Positions 9,788 to 18,154 of a DNA stretch of 48,319 nucleotides are shown here, piece after piece. The position numbers and the translations under genes were made by a program. The notes beneath the pieces were generated by a model. The model was not told where the DNA came from, searched no databases, and was given only the letters and a program-made list of their open reading frames with translations. Each line of letters starts with the position of its first letter. Position 1 is the first letter of the stretch. The stretch lies in the sequence record SRR20825019_1319; one strand, written 5' to 3'.

Positions 9788-10078
9788 TTATTCGCCAACC
9801 GCTTCCGGCGTTCCCGCTTCAGGCAGTTGTCCGCCTTCAATGGCGTGAAGATACACATCCAGAAGGCTTTCCTGTTCCTGCCGCTCGGCCTGGTCCATCT
9901 TGCGCACCGCAATTACCTTGCGCATGATTTTGGTATCGAAGCCGACAGCCTTGGCGCCCGCGTAAACTTCCTTGATATCTTCGGCGATGCCTTTTTTCTC
10001 TTCTTCAAGGCGCTCGATACGCTCAACAAAAGAACGAAGCTGTTCACCAGCCACACCACCAGCCTGTACTTGTACCAT
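9788..10078 (-). CDS. gapR: DUF2312/UPF0335 nucleoid-associated protein GapR
   Basis: [50 protein letters not shown]...[13 protein letters not shown] family signature; GGGAG RBS. Confidence 0.92.
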   Translation of the reverse strand: MVQVQAGGVAGEQLRSFVERIERLEEEKKGIAEDIKEVYAGAKAVGFDTKIMRKVIAVRKMDQAERQEQESLLDVYLHAIEGGQLPEAGTPEAVGE

Positions 10079-10208
10079 CTATAAACTCCCTGACTTCACG
10101 TCATCTTGGTTGCGCTGCGCCTCTGAGCTCCACCTTGGGGTATCGCCGGGCTGCATATAAATCACTTGGTCGGCGCGCACTCTAGCGATGCACGTGCGCC
10201 AGTTCAAT

Positions 10209-10236
10209 TGCATAATCGCCAGACCCCCGTTGGCAA
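10209..10236 (-). promoter_or_regulatory. Putative sigma70 promoter for gapR (TTGCCA-N16-TATGCA)
   Basis: Read on the minus strand immediately downstream of the TonB-receptor terminator. Confidence 0.4.
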
Positions 10237-10239
10237 GGG

Positions 10240-10273
10240 AAAACAAAGGGCGTCCTCCGCATGGAAAACGCCC
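10240..10273 (-). terminator. Intrinsic terminator of the TonB-dependent receptor gene
   Basis: Minus-strand RNA GGGCGUUUUCC-AUGC-GGAGGACGCCC followed by UUUGUUUU: an 11-bp stem with two GU pairs. Confidence 0.8.
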
Positions 10274-10303
10274 CATTTTGCAATAAATCTGAAGATGGTC
10301 TCG

Positions 10304-13069
10304 TTAGAACTGCGCCCTTACTCCCATATAGAAGGAACGACCAACAATGTCATAGTGTGCCGGGTTGGTAACCTGAGGGGAGATGAAGTCCAGCGGCGCA
10401 ACAGGCGGGTTGTTATCAAAGAGATTATTGATACCCGCGTATAGCTCCAGCTCGTCCCGCAGCTTATAACGACCCGAGACATCCACATACACTTCCGCAC
10501 CGATATTGTTGTCTTCATCCGAGAGCTGCTCCGGCCCCCAAAGCACATTATATTTGCCCGCACCAACATAACGGACGTTGGTGAAGAAACCATATTTCTC
10601 GGTTTGATAGGAAATGTTGCCGCGCATCTTCCACTTGGGAAGCCCAAAAACATTGGCCGCCCCTACATCGCCAGCGTAGTTCTCTTCGGTCGCGCCATCG
10701 GGGGCAATATTCTTCTCATACACATAGCTGCCAAGAAGCTTGAAGTTCAGATCAGCGCCATTTGCGAGCGGCAAACCGTACTGCACTTCAAAATCAACCC
10801 CGCGAACCTCATAGGTGCCAAGGTTCAGGAGTTTGTTGGTGACCGATGCGATGGTGTTATCAGGTTCAAATGAGATCAGGTCACAGAACTCATTATCGCC
10901 CCCATGGCAACCCTCCACGATCGCGCGGCTTGAGATGGATTGGATAGCATCACTAATGCCGATGTCATACCAATCCACCGACAGGCGCGCACCTTCCAAC
11001 CAGTTTGGCGAATACACCAACCCAAGTGTTTTTGTGAGCGCCCGCTCTTCCTGAAGATCTGTATTGCCAGTGTTCAGGATTTTGGTGAAATCCACGTTTC
11101 CGGTGAAGGGGTTTTCAATGTTTTCAAACAGCAGCAGTGTTTTCAAAAACACCTCGCCGATGCTGGGCGCCCGAATATCTCGCGAGATTGTGCCCCGCAA
11201 ACGAAGCTGCTCGAAAGGATCGAAGGTCAACCCTGCTTTCCAGGTCAGAACCGTGCCGCTGGTGCTATAGTCCGTGTACCTGAGCGCACCATTGAAACTG
11301 AGCGATTGTCCTGCATCAGTATTCAGGAGCGGCATAAGAACTTCGCCAAAAGCCTCTTTCACATCATAGCTACCCTCAAGTGGCTGAGCGTTGGTGATCA
11401 GGAACTGCGCCTGTTCTGAAAGGTCATCCACTTCCCGCTTCAGAGACTCTTTCCGGTATTCAACACCAAAGGCGGTTGAAACAGGCCCGGCCCACCCTTC
11501 AAACACATCACCATTTATCGTGGCCGCCACAACATCCTGTCGCAGCCGGGTATCCGAGATGCTGGTGCCGGTTACATAATCGATCGCCGCCTGGCTTGGT
11601 GAACCCGAGCCAAAGAGGTTGATCGGCACACAGTTCGAGTTTTGGCCGCTGAGAACTGACGCACACACAGGGGCACCGGTTGCGGGATCGGTCACCACAT
11701 CTGCTGCCAGCTGAAGGTTGGCGGGAATTAGATTATTCGTCTGCTGATTAGAGAAATCTACCCGACCGTATTGGTAATATACATCCCACGTCCAGTCGTT
11801 TGAGAACGCGCCTTCGAAACCGGTCACCAGACGGAAGTTCTGAGTTTTGCTCACGGATGTGATAGCACCGAACTCTGCATTAGTGCGGTACAGGCTTAAG
11901 GTGTCAACACCCGATGCATCCATGCTGTCCTGCACGCCGGTGGGCAAGTATGGGTTACCGGAGCGAATGGTCTGCCCAAAAATAAACGAATCGATCAAAG
12001 CGCCTTCAGAAGCAGACTGACCGGCACTACCCTCAAAATAGAAGTCGATGCCGTCGGTGAGTTCATAATTAAAAGCCGCGAGGATATTCTTCCGCTCCAG
12101 CGGGATAGACAGCGCGGTGGCATCACCATGATAGGTGCCGCTGCCTCCTGTCATAAACACACCGCCAATAACATCACCAAGCTCACGCTGGACAGCGGTA
12201 CCGTCTGGCAGAAACTCCAGATTCCCAAGCGCACTACCATCAGGAAGGGTTACGCCGTTGGGTGAGGCGAGAAACAGCTTCACGTCCGGCGCAAACATGC
12301 TGGCCGGGATTCCGTCATTCGGACCAGTGTCATCCGGGTTTGCGATAATACCCCAATGTTCCGCCGACCACGCCCGCGCACGAGAATCGGGAATACCACT
12401 ATTGTCGTTATAGTCTGCCGCAATGAGCACATGACCGCGCCCATCTGCCACGTCGGCCCCAAATGCCATCGATACACGATAATTCTCGTTATCGCCTTCG
12501 TCAGAAATACCATATTGGGCCTCTACCTTCAGGCCTTCCAACTGGTTGTCATAGACGATATCCACGACACCGGAGATTGCGTCAGATCCCCATGCGGCAG
12601 AAGCGCCGCCGGTTACCACTTCAATTCGGCTGACCGCGAGTGTGGGAACAATATTGATGTCAACAACCCCAAACTCATCGGTTGGAACATGACGGCGCCC
12701 ATTCACCAGAACGAGGTTTCGGTTTCCGCCAAGTCCACGCAGGTCCAGCACATTGGTTGCGCTACCGCGTGAGTTCAATACCGTGGCAGTGGGTGTAACC
12801 GTACCGGAGAACCCCGGCAATTCGTTCACTATATCTGCGACATTTGTTACGCCACGAGACTGCATATCTTCGCTACCCAGCACGGTAACTGGCGTTGGCG
12901 CTTCAAAGCCCGATTTTTTAATACGCGACGAACTGACAACTATTTCTTCAAATTCAGAAACTTCAGCCTCAGATGCACTCTCTTGCGCCACTGTGGGCAG
13001 TGTGTTCATAAGAGCCAGGCATGAAACAGCGCCTAAAATCGCGCTTCCCCTTCGATGGTACTTCACCAT
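10304..13069 (-). CDS. TonB-dependent outer-membrane receptor
   Basis: Signal peptide; TonB box EEIVVSSSRI; plug motifs LDLRGLGGNRNLVLVNGRR and RIEVVTGGASAAWGSDAISGVV; C-terminal GINNLFD...GRSFYMGVRAQF. Confidence 0.96.
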   Translation of the reverse strand: MVKYHRRGSAILGAVSCLALMNTLPTVAQESASEAEVSEFEEIVVSSSRIKKSGFEAPTPVTVLGSEDMQSRGVTNVADIVNELPGFSGTVTPTATVLNSRGSATNVLDLRGLGGNRNLVLVNGRRHVPTDEFGVVDINIVPTLAVSRIEVVTGGASAAWGSDAISGVVDIVYDNQLEGLKVEAQYGISDEGDNENYRVSMAFGADVADGRGHVLIAADYNDNSGIPDSRARAWSAEHWGIIANPDDTGPNDGIPASMFAPDVKLFLASPNGVTLPDGSALGNLEFLPDGTAVQRELGDVIGGVFMTGGSGTYHGDATALSIPLERKNILAAFNYELTDGIDFYFEGSAGQSASEGALIDSFIFGQTIRSGNPYLPTGVQDSMDASGVDTLSLYRTNAEFGAITSVSKTQNFRLVTGFEGAFSNDWTWDVYYQYGRVDFSNQQTNNLIPANLQLAADVVTDPATGAPVCASVLSGQNSNCVPINLFGSGSPSQAAIDYVTGTSISDTRLRQDVVAATINGDVFEGWAGPVSTAFGVEYRKESLKREVDDLSEQAQFLITNAQPLEGSYDVKEAFGEVLMPLLNTDAGQSLSFNGALRYTDYSTSGTVLTWKAGLTFDPFEQLRLRGTISRDIRAPSIGEVFLKTLLLFENIENPFTGNVDFTKILNTGNTDLQEERALTKTLGLVYSPNWLEGARLSVDWYDIGISDAIQSISSRAIVEGCHGGDNEFCDLISFEPDNTIASVTNKLLNLGTYEVRGVDFEVQYGLPLANGADLNFKLLGSYVYEKNIAPDGATEENYAGDVGAANVFGLPKWKMRGNISYQTEKYGFFTNVRYVGAGKYNVLWGPEQLSDEDNNIGAEVYVDVSGRYKLRDELELYAGINNLFDNNPPVAPLDFISPQVTNPAHYDIVGRSFYMGVRAQF

Positions 13070-13310
13070 TATTTCCTCCGATTTCCATATAATTGTAGCG
13101 TTAGAAATGTCCCTTTCTCAGCTTTAACATTATTTTTGGCTGAATTAATATAATTTTATAACTGCTATATATGTTTTTTTAGCTGTATTAATTTGCGATA
13201 GTAGAAAAAAAAGCATTCAAAATGATTTTTGGCTTTGCGTTGCTGTCTGTTGCTTTAGAGGTTGGAAAGGAGGCCTGTTGGGCGACAACGCAATAACAAG
13301 GGGGAGCCAC

Positions 13311-14018
13311 ATGGCTATCATGGGGCCTGAGGCAGTTAAAAACACAGGGCACCAATCCGATGCTGAGGTTGCCTATGAACAAGTGATGGACGCAATTGTC
13401 ACGCAGCAACTGGCGCCAAGCCAGAAAGTTTCGGAAAATGTGTTTACGGAAATGTTTGGCATCAGTCGCGCCGTTGCCAGAAATCTTATTGAACGGCTGA
13501 TAGCGCGGCACTTTCTGGTTTCAGTTTCGCCCAGGATAACGGTCGTAGCACCTCTCACACTTCTGGAGATCAAGCAAAGCTTCACGCTGAGGAAAATACT
13601 ACTTCCTGAGATATTCGCTCTCGCGGCGCCCAAGGTTGACTATGTCGTCCTTCACGCCCTCGCCGAACGCGTCCACGATATGTTGCCTCCAAAGGACGAT
13701 GCGACCGCACTGCAGGTACTTAAACTGAATAAAGAGCTCAATGAAATGCTTTGTGAGCAATCAGGATACCCGCAAATGCTGGATTGGGCCCGCCAACTCG
13801 AGCTTACCGCAATGCGCATCTACTGGCTCTATATCAAGGTCACTGGCTCATTTTTCTATTCAAGAGAACAAACTGAAATGAGCATCAATGTGCTGCAAAG
13901 CGAAGACCCTGCCCGGATCAAACGGGTGATGTATGACCTTCTTAGCCAAACGGAAGAGCGCATCCTGAATACGGTGTTCTCACACAAGCAGTTTAATACG
14001 CAGGACCTGACTATTTAA
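13311..14018 (+). CDS. GntR-family regulator with an atypical FCD-like domain
   Basis: wHTH AYEQVMDAIVTQQLAPSQKVSE...FGISRAVARNLIERL; FCD-like helical C-terminal domain; divergent from the TBDR. ATG 13311 with a GGGGAG RBS. Confidence 0.8.
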   Translation: MAIMGPEAVKNTGHQSDAEVAYEQVMDAIVTQQLAPSQKVSENVFTEMFGISRAVARNLIERLIARHFLVSVSPRITVVAPLTLLEIKQSFTLRKILLPEIFALAAPKVDYVVLHALAERVHDMLPPKDDATALQVLKLNKELNEMLCEQSGYPQMLDWARQLELTAMRIYWLYIKVTGSFFYSREQTEMSINVLQSEDPARIKRVMYDLLSQTEERILNTVFSHKQFNTQDLTI

Positions 14019-14118
14019 CGTCAGTGCGAACGCTATTCTACGCCGCTGCGGCACCTGATGAACCGCCACCGAAATACGGGATCAATGAAAAACAATCATC
14101 ACGCTTGCGCTGGAGAGT

Positions 14119-14430
14119 TTAGCTGCGCGCAAGTTTGTTTTTTGCCACGCTGATTTCCATACGCCGCAACTGCTCATCTGTCGCAGGTAGCTGATGCTTC
14201 TCTTTATATTCGTCATACGGCATGCCATAGATGCGCTCACGTGCTTCATCTTTGCTTATCTCAACACCCGCTTCTTCAGCCGCTTCCTTATACCATTCAG
14301 ACAGGCAATTGCGGCAAAACCCGCCATAGCCCATCAGGTCGATATTCTGCACGTCGCTGCGTTCACGGAAATGCTGAACAAGACGACGGAACACCGCGGC
14401 CTCTAACTTCTCGTCTGTCGTGTCGGTCAT
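14119..14430 (-). CDS. DUF1244 family protein
   Basis: AAVFRRLVQHFRERSDVQNIDLMGYGGFCRNCLSEWY and IYGMPYDEYK signature. Confidence 0.9.
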   Translation of the reverse strand: MTDTTDEKLEAAVFRRLVQHFRERSDVQNIDLMGYGGFCRNCLSEWYKEAAEEAGVEISKDEARERIYGMPYDEYKEKHQLPATDEQLRRMEISVAKNKLARS

Positions 14431-14439
14431 TATAATCTC

Positions 14440-15225
14440 CTATTGATAGTGACGAATGCTCGCCACATCCTCACGGCTCATGCATTCATCCAGAATATCC
14501 GCCAGAAGCGCGGCCCATTCTGTTGTCATCGCGTCTGTGGCAAGCAAGTCCTGCCGCACCTCGATCGTAGTTTGCGGCAAGCCATGGTCTGCGCCGTGAC
14601 GCTGCATGGTATAGTATAGATCCCGGCCTGAATATGGCAGGTTATCACCAACCGTCAGGTCCGTCTCTCGTTCCAGCATGCCGATCATGGCCTGCGCCAA
14701 GCGTGGGTCCTTGTTCCAGAGGAAGCCCGCCTGCCATGGACGCGGCTGGCCGGCCATCTCTGGCGTAAAACTGTGCATGCCCACCACAAGCGGTACTTTG
14801 CCAGCCTTCAGGTGGCTTTCAACCAGCGCGCCACAGGCCTCATGAAACGGGGTGTAATAGGCTGCCTTTCTCGCTTCAACCGCACGGGCACCTAGGTCCT
14901 GGTTCGCCGGGATGCTGATACCATCGCTTATCGGTGGCACCAGTGTTTTATGGTCTGGCTCCCGGTTGCAGTCGATAAGAAGGCGTGACACAGGCGCCAA
15001 CACACCGGCCACGCCCATCATACTGCATATCTTGCGGGTCACATCCGCCGCGCCAATATCCCACGCGATATGCTTCTCAAGGTGGGCTTCTTCAAGCCCG
15101 AGATTTGCGAAATCTGCAGGAATGAAATTGGTTGCATGGTCACACAGCACAATCACGCCGCCGCATGCGTCCGCATTGAGGATTTCTGGTTTCAGGATTT
15201 GGCTCTGGACAGTGAAATCATTCAT
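14440..15225 (-). CDS. N-formylglutamate amidohydrolase family protein
   Basis: LCDHATN, HIAWDIGA, SRLLIDCNR, MHSFTP, GDNLPYSG and IEVRQDL motifs. Start set to ATG 15225. Confidence 0.9.
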   Translation of the reverse strand: MNDFTVQSQILKPEILNADACGGVIVLCDHATNFIPADFANLGLEEAHLEKHIAWDIGAADVTRKICSMMGVAGVLAPVSRLLIDCNREPDHKTLVPPISDGISIPANQDLGARAVEARKAAYYTPFHEACGALVESHLKAGKVPLVVGMHSFTPEMAGQPRPWQAGFLWNKDPRLAQAMIGMLERETDLTVGDNLPYSGRDLYYTMQRHGADHGLPQTTIEVRQDLLATDAMTTEWAALLADILDECMSREDVASIRHYQ

Positions 15226-15382
15226 AGGGTACACCGGGCACGCACGTGAAGCTTTGGTTTCAAAGCGAAAAATGCTGGACGTGACGCGAGCGATCACGCA
15301 GCATGTGCCCTGAAACCTAATGATCTGACCAACCAAGTCAACATTTCATCGTGCTCGCTCCATACTGCTCAGGGAGGCAATA

Positions 15383-16834
15383 TTGACGTCCGAAATACTA
15401 TCCGCGGGGCGCCGTCGTAAAACCCGTATCGTCGCGACCCTGGGGCCCGCGAGCTCCAGCTATGAACGCATCAAGGATCTGTTCATTGCCGGCGTGGATG
15501 TTTTCCGCCTCAACATGAGCCATGGCGAACACAAAGATAAAGAAGCGCTGGTACATACCATTCGCGCGATTGAACGCGAGTGTGGCCGCCCCATCGCTAT
15601 TCTGGCTGACCTTCAGGGCCCGAAGCTGCGCATCGGCTTGTTTGAGGACGGCAAGACAGAGCTGACACAGGGGCAGGCCTTCAAGCTCGACCTCCTTGAC
15701 CAGCCGGGCGACAATCAGCGTGTTTACCTGCCGCACAAGGAAATTTTCGACGCCCTTGAAGTTGGCACCCATATCCTGCTGGATGACGGCAAGATCCGCC
15801 TTGAAGTTGAAACGGTAGAAGCCAACAAAGCCAACTGCCGCGTGATTGTGGGTGGCGTGCTCTCGGACCGCAAGGGGGTGAACGTACCAAACGCAGTGCT
15901 GCCCCTTGCTGCCCTGACACCAAAAGACCGTAAAGACCTTTCCTTCGCACTTCAGTGCGGGGTGGACTGGATTGCGCTTTCTTTTGTGCAGCGTGGCGCA
16001 GATGTGGCGGAAGCCAAAAAGCTGGTAGGCAAAAAAGCCGCCGTGATGGCGAAGATCGAAAAACCAGCCGCTGTGCTCGCGCTTGATGAGATTATCGAAC
16101 TGGCGGACGGCGTGATGGTCGCGCGCGGCGACCTTGGTGTTGAAGAACCGGTCGAGAATGTGCCCGGCATCCAGAAGCAAATCGTGCGGGCTGCACGGCA
16201 AGCGGGCAAACCGGTTGTTGTGGCAACGCAAATGCTCGAATCGATGATCAAATCCCCCGTGCCAACTCGCGCGGAGGTATCTGACGTGGCAACAGCGGTG
16301 CTGGACGGTGCAGACGCCGTGATGCTCTCAGCCGAATCAGCTGTGGGTGATTATCCAATCGAGGCTGTGCAGGTGATGGACCGTGTGGCCATCCGCGTTG
16401 AGCATGAGCCCAACTACCGTATGGCGGGCAGCGATGACCGCACCAACCCGAACTCCACCACGGAAGACGCCATTACGGCTGCTGCGCGCCAGGTAGCACG
16501 CACCGTGGGCGCCAAAGCCATCGTAACCTTCACCACCTCAGGCGCCACGGCGCTCAGGGCTGCCCGTGAGCGCCCTGAGGCTGAAATCCTGACGCTGACA
16601 CCGCGCCTTGCCGTTGCGCGCCGCCTTGCCATTGTATGGGGCATGCGTACGGTCAAAACAAAAGACGTGGGCAGCTTTGAAGAGATGGTTGGCAAAGCCA
16701 AACGCATGGCGCTGAGAACGGGGGTTGTGAAAGCGGGTGACCGTATCGTCGTGACCGCAGGCGTGCCCTTCGGTACACCCGGCGCCACCAACGTGCTGCA
16801 CATTGCGTGGATCAGCGGTAGCGAACTGAGCTAA
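15383..16834 (+). CDS. pyk: Pyruvate kinase
   Basis: TRIVATLGPAS, RLNMSHG, DLQGPKLRIG, MVARGDLGVE, ATQMLESM and DAVMLSAESAVG. TTG start with a GGGAGG RBS. Confidence 0.97.
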   Translation: MTSEILSAGRRRKTRIVATLGPASSSYERIKDLFIAGVDVFRLNMSHGEHKDKEALVHTIRAIERECGRPIAILADLQGPKLRIGLFEDGKTELTQGQAFKLDLLDQPGDNQRVYLPHKEIFDALEVGTHILLDDGKIRLEVETVEANKANCRVIVGGVLSDRKGVNVPNAVLPLAALTPKDRKDLSFALQCGVDWIALSFVQRGADVAEAKKLVGKKAAVMAKIEKPAAVLALDEIIELADGVMVARGDLGVEEPVENVPGIQKQIVRAARQAGKPVVVATQMLESMIKSPVPTRAEVSDVATAVLDGADAVMLSAESAVGDYPIEAVQVMDRVAIRVEHEPNYRMAGSDDRTNPNSTTEDAITAAARQVARTVGAKAIVTFTTSGATALRAARERPEAEILTLTPRLAVARRLAIVWGMRTVKTKDVGSFEEMVGKAKRMALRTGVVKAGDRIVVTAGVPFGTPGATNVLHIAWISGSELS

Positions 16835-16847
16835 ACCGCGCCCACCC

Positions 16848-17462
16848 TCAATAGAGGAAACCTTTGGCGCGCAGATCAGCCGCTAGCTTGTCTGCGTCTG
16901 TGAAGTGATGCCCGATCATGCCCATATGCTCCGCCGCCTGAACATTCTCAAGCCGGTCATCAATATAAACGGTCTGTTCCGGCTCAAGCCCGAAGCGGTC
17001 AATCGCAAGCTGGAAGATGCGTGGGTCGGGTTTGACGAGGCCTTCAGCGCCAGATACCACCACGCCGCCAAACAGGTCTGTGAAGGCATACTCACGGCAA
17101 AACAGCGGCCATTTCTCTGCCGAGAAGTTTGTGAGCCCATAACACGGCGTGCCCTGTTCGCTCAACCGCTCCAGCACATCTACTGTACCGGCAAACACCG
17201 GGCCGATGGTGTCATTCCAGCGTTCATCAAACGCCTGGATCAGGTCTTCATATTCGGGGAATTTGGCAGACAGGATACGCACACCCTCTGCGAAGGGCCG
17301 CCCGCGGTCATGTTCGGTGTGCCACTCAAGGGTCACCACTTCTGACAAGAATCGCTCAAGCTCCGCCTGATCATGAATCAGTTGGGAATACAGCAAACGC
17401 GGGTTCCACTCGACAAATACATTGCCGATGTCAAATAGTACCGATTTGCCAGAATTCGTCAT
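16848..17462 (-). CDS. HAD-superfamily hydrolase (phosphatase)
   Basis: FDIGNV (motif I), LTNFS, KPDPRIF and YIDDRLEN. Confidence 0.9.
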   Translation of the reverse strand: MTNSGKSVLFDIGNVFVEWNPRLLYSQLIHDQAELERFLSEVVTLEWHTEHDRGRPFAEGVRILSAKFPEYEDLIQAFDERWNDTIGPVFAGTVDVLERLSEQGTPCYGLTNFSAEKWPLFCREYAFTDLFGGVVVSGAEGLVKPDPRIFQLAIDRFGLEPEQTVYIDDRLENVQAAEHMGMIGHHFTDADKLAADLRAKGFLY

Positions 17463-17480
17463 GCTTTCCCCATACGACTA

Positions 17481-17512
17481 AGCCGCGCAACCCTACTAGA
17501 GAGTGCGCGGCT
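17481..17512 (-). terminator. Stem-loop downstream of rpmJ (possible weak terminator or stabiliser)
   Basis: AGCCGCGCA-N14-TGCGCGGCT inverted repeat with no strong U tract. Confidence 0.5.
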
Positions 17513-17569
17513 AAATCAATAACCTTGAGGCTATGCTGACGAGCCTGAGCTCTAAGCTTAGCTTGAGGC

Positions 17570-17695
17570 TTAACCTTGGCGTGCTTTAAAGCGACGCTGC
17601 GTCTTGTTGATCACGTAGATCCGGCCTTTGCGGCGAATCACGCGGCAATCGCGGTGACGGCTTTTCAAAGACTTCAAGCTGTTACGAATTTTCAT
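17570..17695 (-). CDS. rpmJ: 50S ribosomal protein L36 (zinc-independent, type B)
   Basis: [41 protein letters not shown], 41 aa from ATG 17695. The ORF-track version is over-extended upstream. Confidence 0.97.
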   Translation of the reverse strand: MKIRNSLKSLKSRHRDCRVIRRKGRIYVINKTQRRFKARQG

Positions 17696-17812
17696 GGCTC
17701 GTCTCACTACAAACCGGCTCAAAAATACTTTATCCCCTGCCACGCCAGCCGGCGCCATGGCACACAGGGTGGGAACGACGAATCCGTCATTCCTCGAATC
17801 CATTGGCGGCGG

Positions 17813-17841
17813 AACATACTGACGAGGCACGGACCTGTCAA
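17813..17841 (-). promoter_or_regulatory. Sigma70 promoter of rpmJ (TTGACA-N17-TATGTT)
   Basis: Perfect -35, 17-nt spacer and near-consensus -10. Implies a 5' UTR of about 110 nt. Confidence 0.75.
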
Positions 17842-17890
17842 TAGCAAGAGGCGGTTTTTACTGTGTTTTTACACTGCCCGAGTTTCGCAC

Positions 17891-17929
17891 AAAAAATAGA
17901 GGCGTCCCCCATGCCCGGTGGGACGCCTC
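17891..17929 (-). terminator. Intrinsic terminator with no upstream CDS
   Basis: GAGGCGUCCC-loop-GGGACGCCUC, a perfect 10-bp stem, followed by UAUUUUUU. Confidence 0.8.
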
Positions 17930-17981
17930 AAATTTCCCCCGCTAGATAGTGGGGGTAGTCCGCTCACGCCTGTGCGTCAGT
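17891..17981 (-). ncRNA. Candidate ~90-nt small RNA
   Basis: An orphan promoter (17988-18016) and an orphan intrinsic terminator (17891-17929) on the same strand with no credible CDS between them; three predicted hairpins. Confidence 0.55.
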
Positions 17982-17987
17982 AAGGTG

Positions 17988-18016
17988 ATATTACCAAAAC
18001 GGGACTGTCTTGTCAT
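17988..18016 (-). promoter_or_regulatory. Putative sigma70 promoter of the candidate sRNA (ATGACA-N17-TAATAT)
   Basis: -35 has one mismatch, the spacer is exactly 17 nt, and the -10 keeps the TA...T positions. Confidence 0.55.
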
Positions 18017-18154
18017 GGGAATAAAGCGTCATAAAGGCTGACCCATCTCAGGAAAGCCCCATTTTCCGCCAATTGGCATTGACCACAGGGTGGCCACACT
18101 GTAGGCAAACATTTCACGAAAAGGCACCACATACGCACGAGGAGCGAAAAGGTC

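Noticed and set aside
10079-10276. 65-aa ORF upstream of gapR as a leader peptide or gene remnant
   Set aside because: It starts inside the terminator hairpin and spans the predicted gapR promoter, with no RBS or similarity to DUF1244.
13145-13159. TTAA-N7-TTAT as a CtrA site in the TBDR-GntR intergenic region
   Set aside because: The region is extremely AT-rich, so a one-mismatch hit is expected by chance.
7713-14018. Lasso-peptide cluster (AsnB-like cyclase, TonB receptor and GntR, with the 72-aa ORF 7713-7931 containing KTPRLNIG...LT as precursor)
   Set aside because: No B1/B2 (RRE or transglutaminase-like peptidase) or isopeptidase gene. The ORF's spacing does not fit YxxPxLxxxGxxxxxT, and its would-be core lacks a G/C/S/A start and an Asp/Glu at positions 7-9. 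The ORF overlaps a CtrA-like site, and the enzyme has SGGFDSR/NGKCGE rather than the SGGLDSS/TGxGGD usual in lasso cyclases.
17521-17580. Short degenerate repeats (AACCTTG, CTTGAGGCT) just downstream of rpmJ
   Set aside because: Only two short imperfect copies of each with no regular spacers; not a CRISPR array or a convincing att site.
17570-17695. Zinc-free L36 as a Zur-regulated zinc-starvation paralog
   Set aside because: The C-minus form is the normal L36 in alphaproteobacteria; there is no paired L31 paralog and I saw no Zur box.
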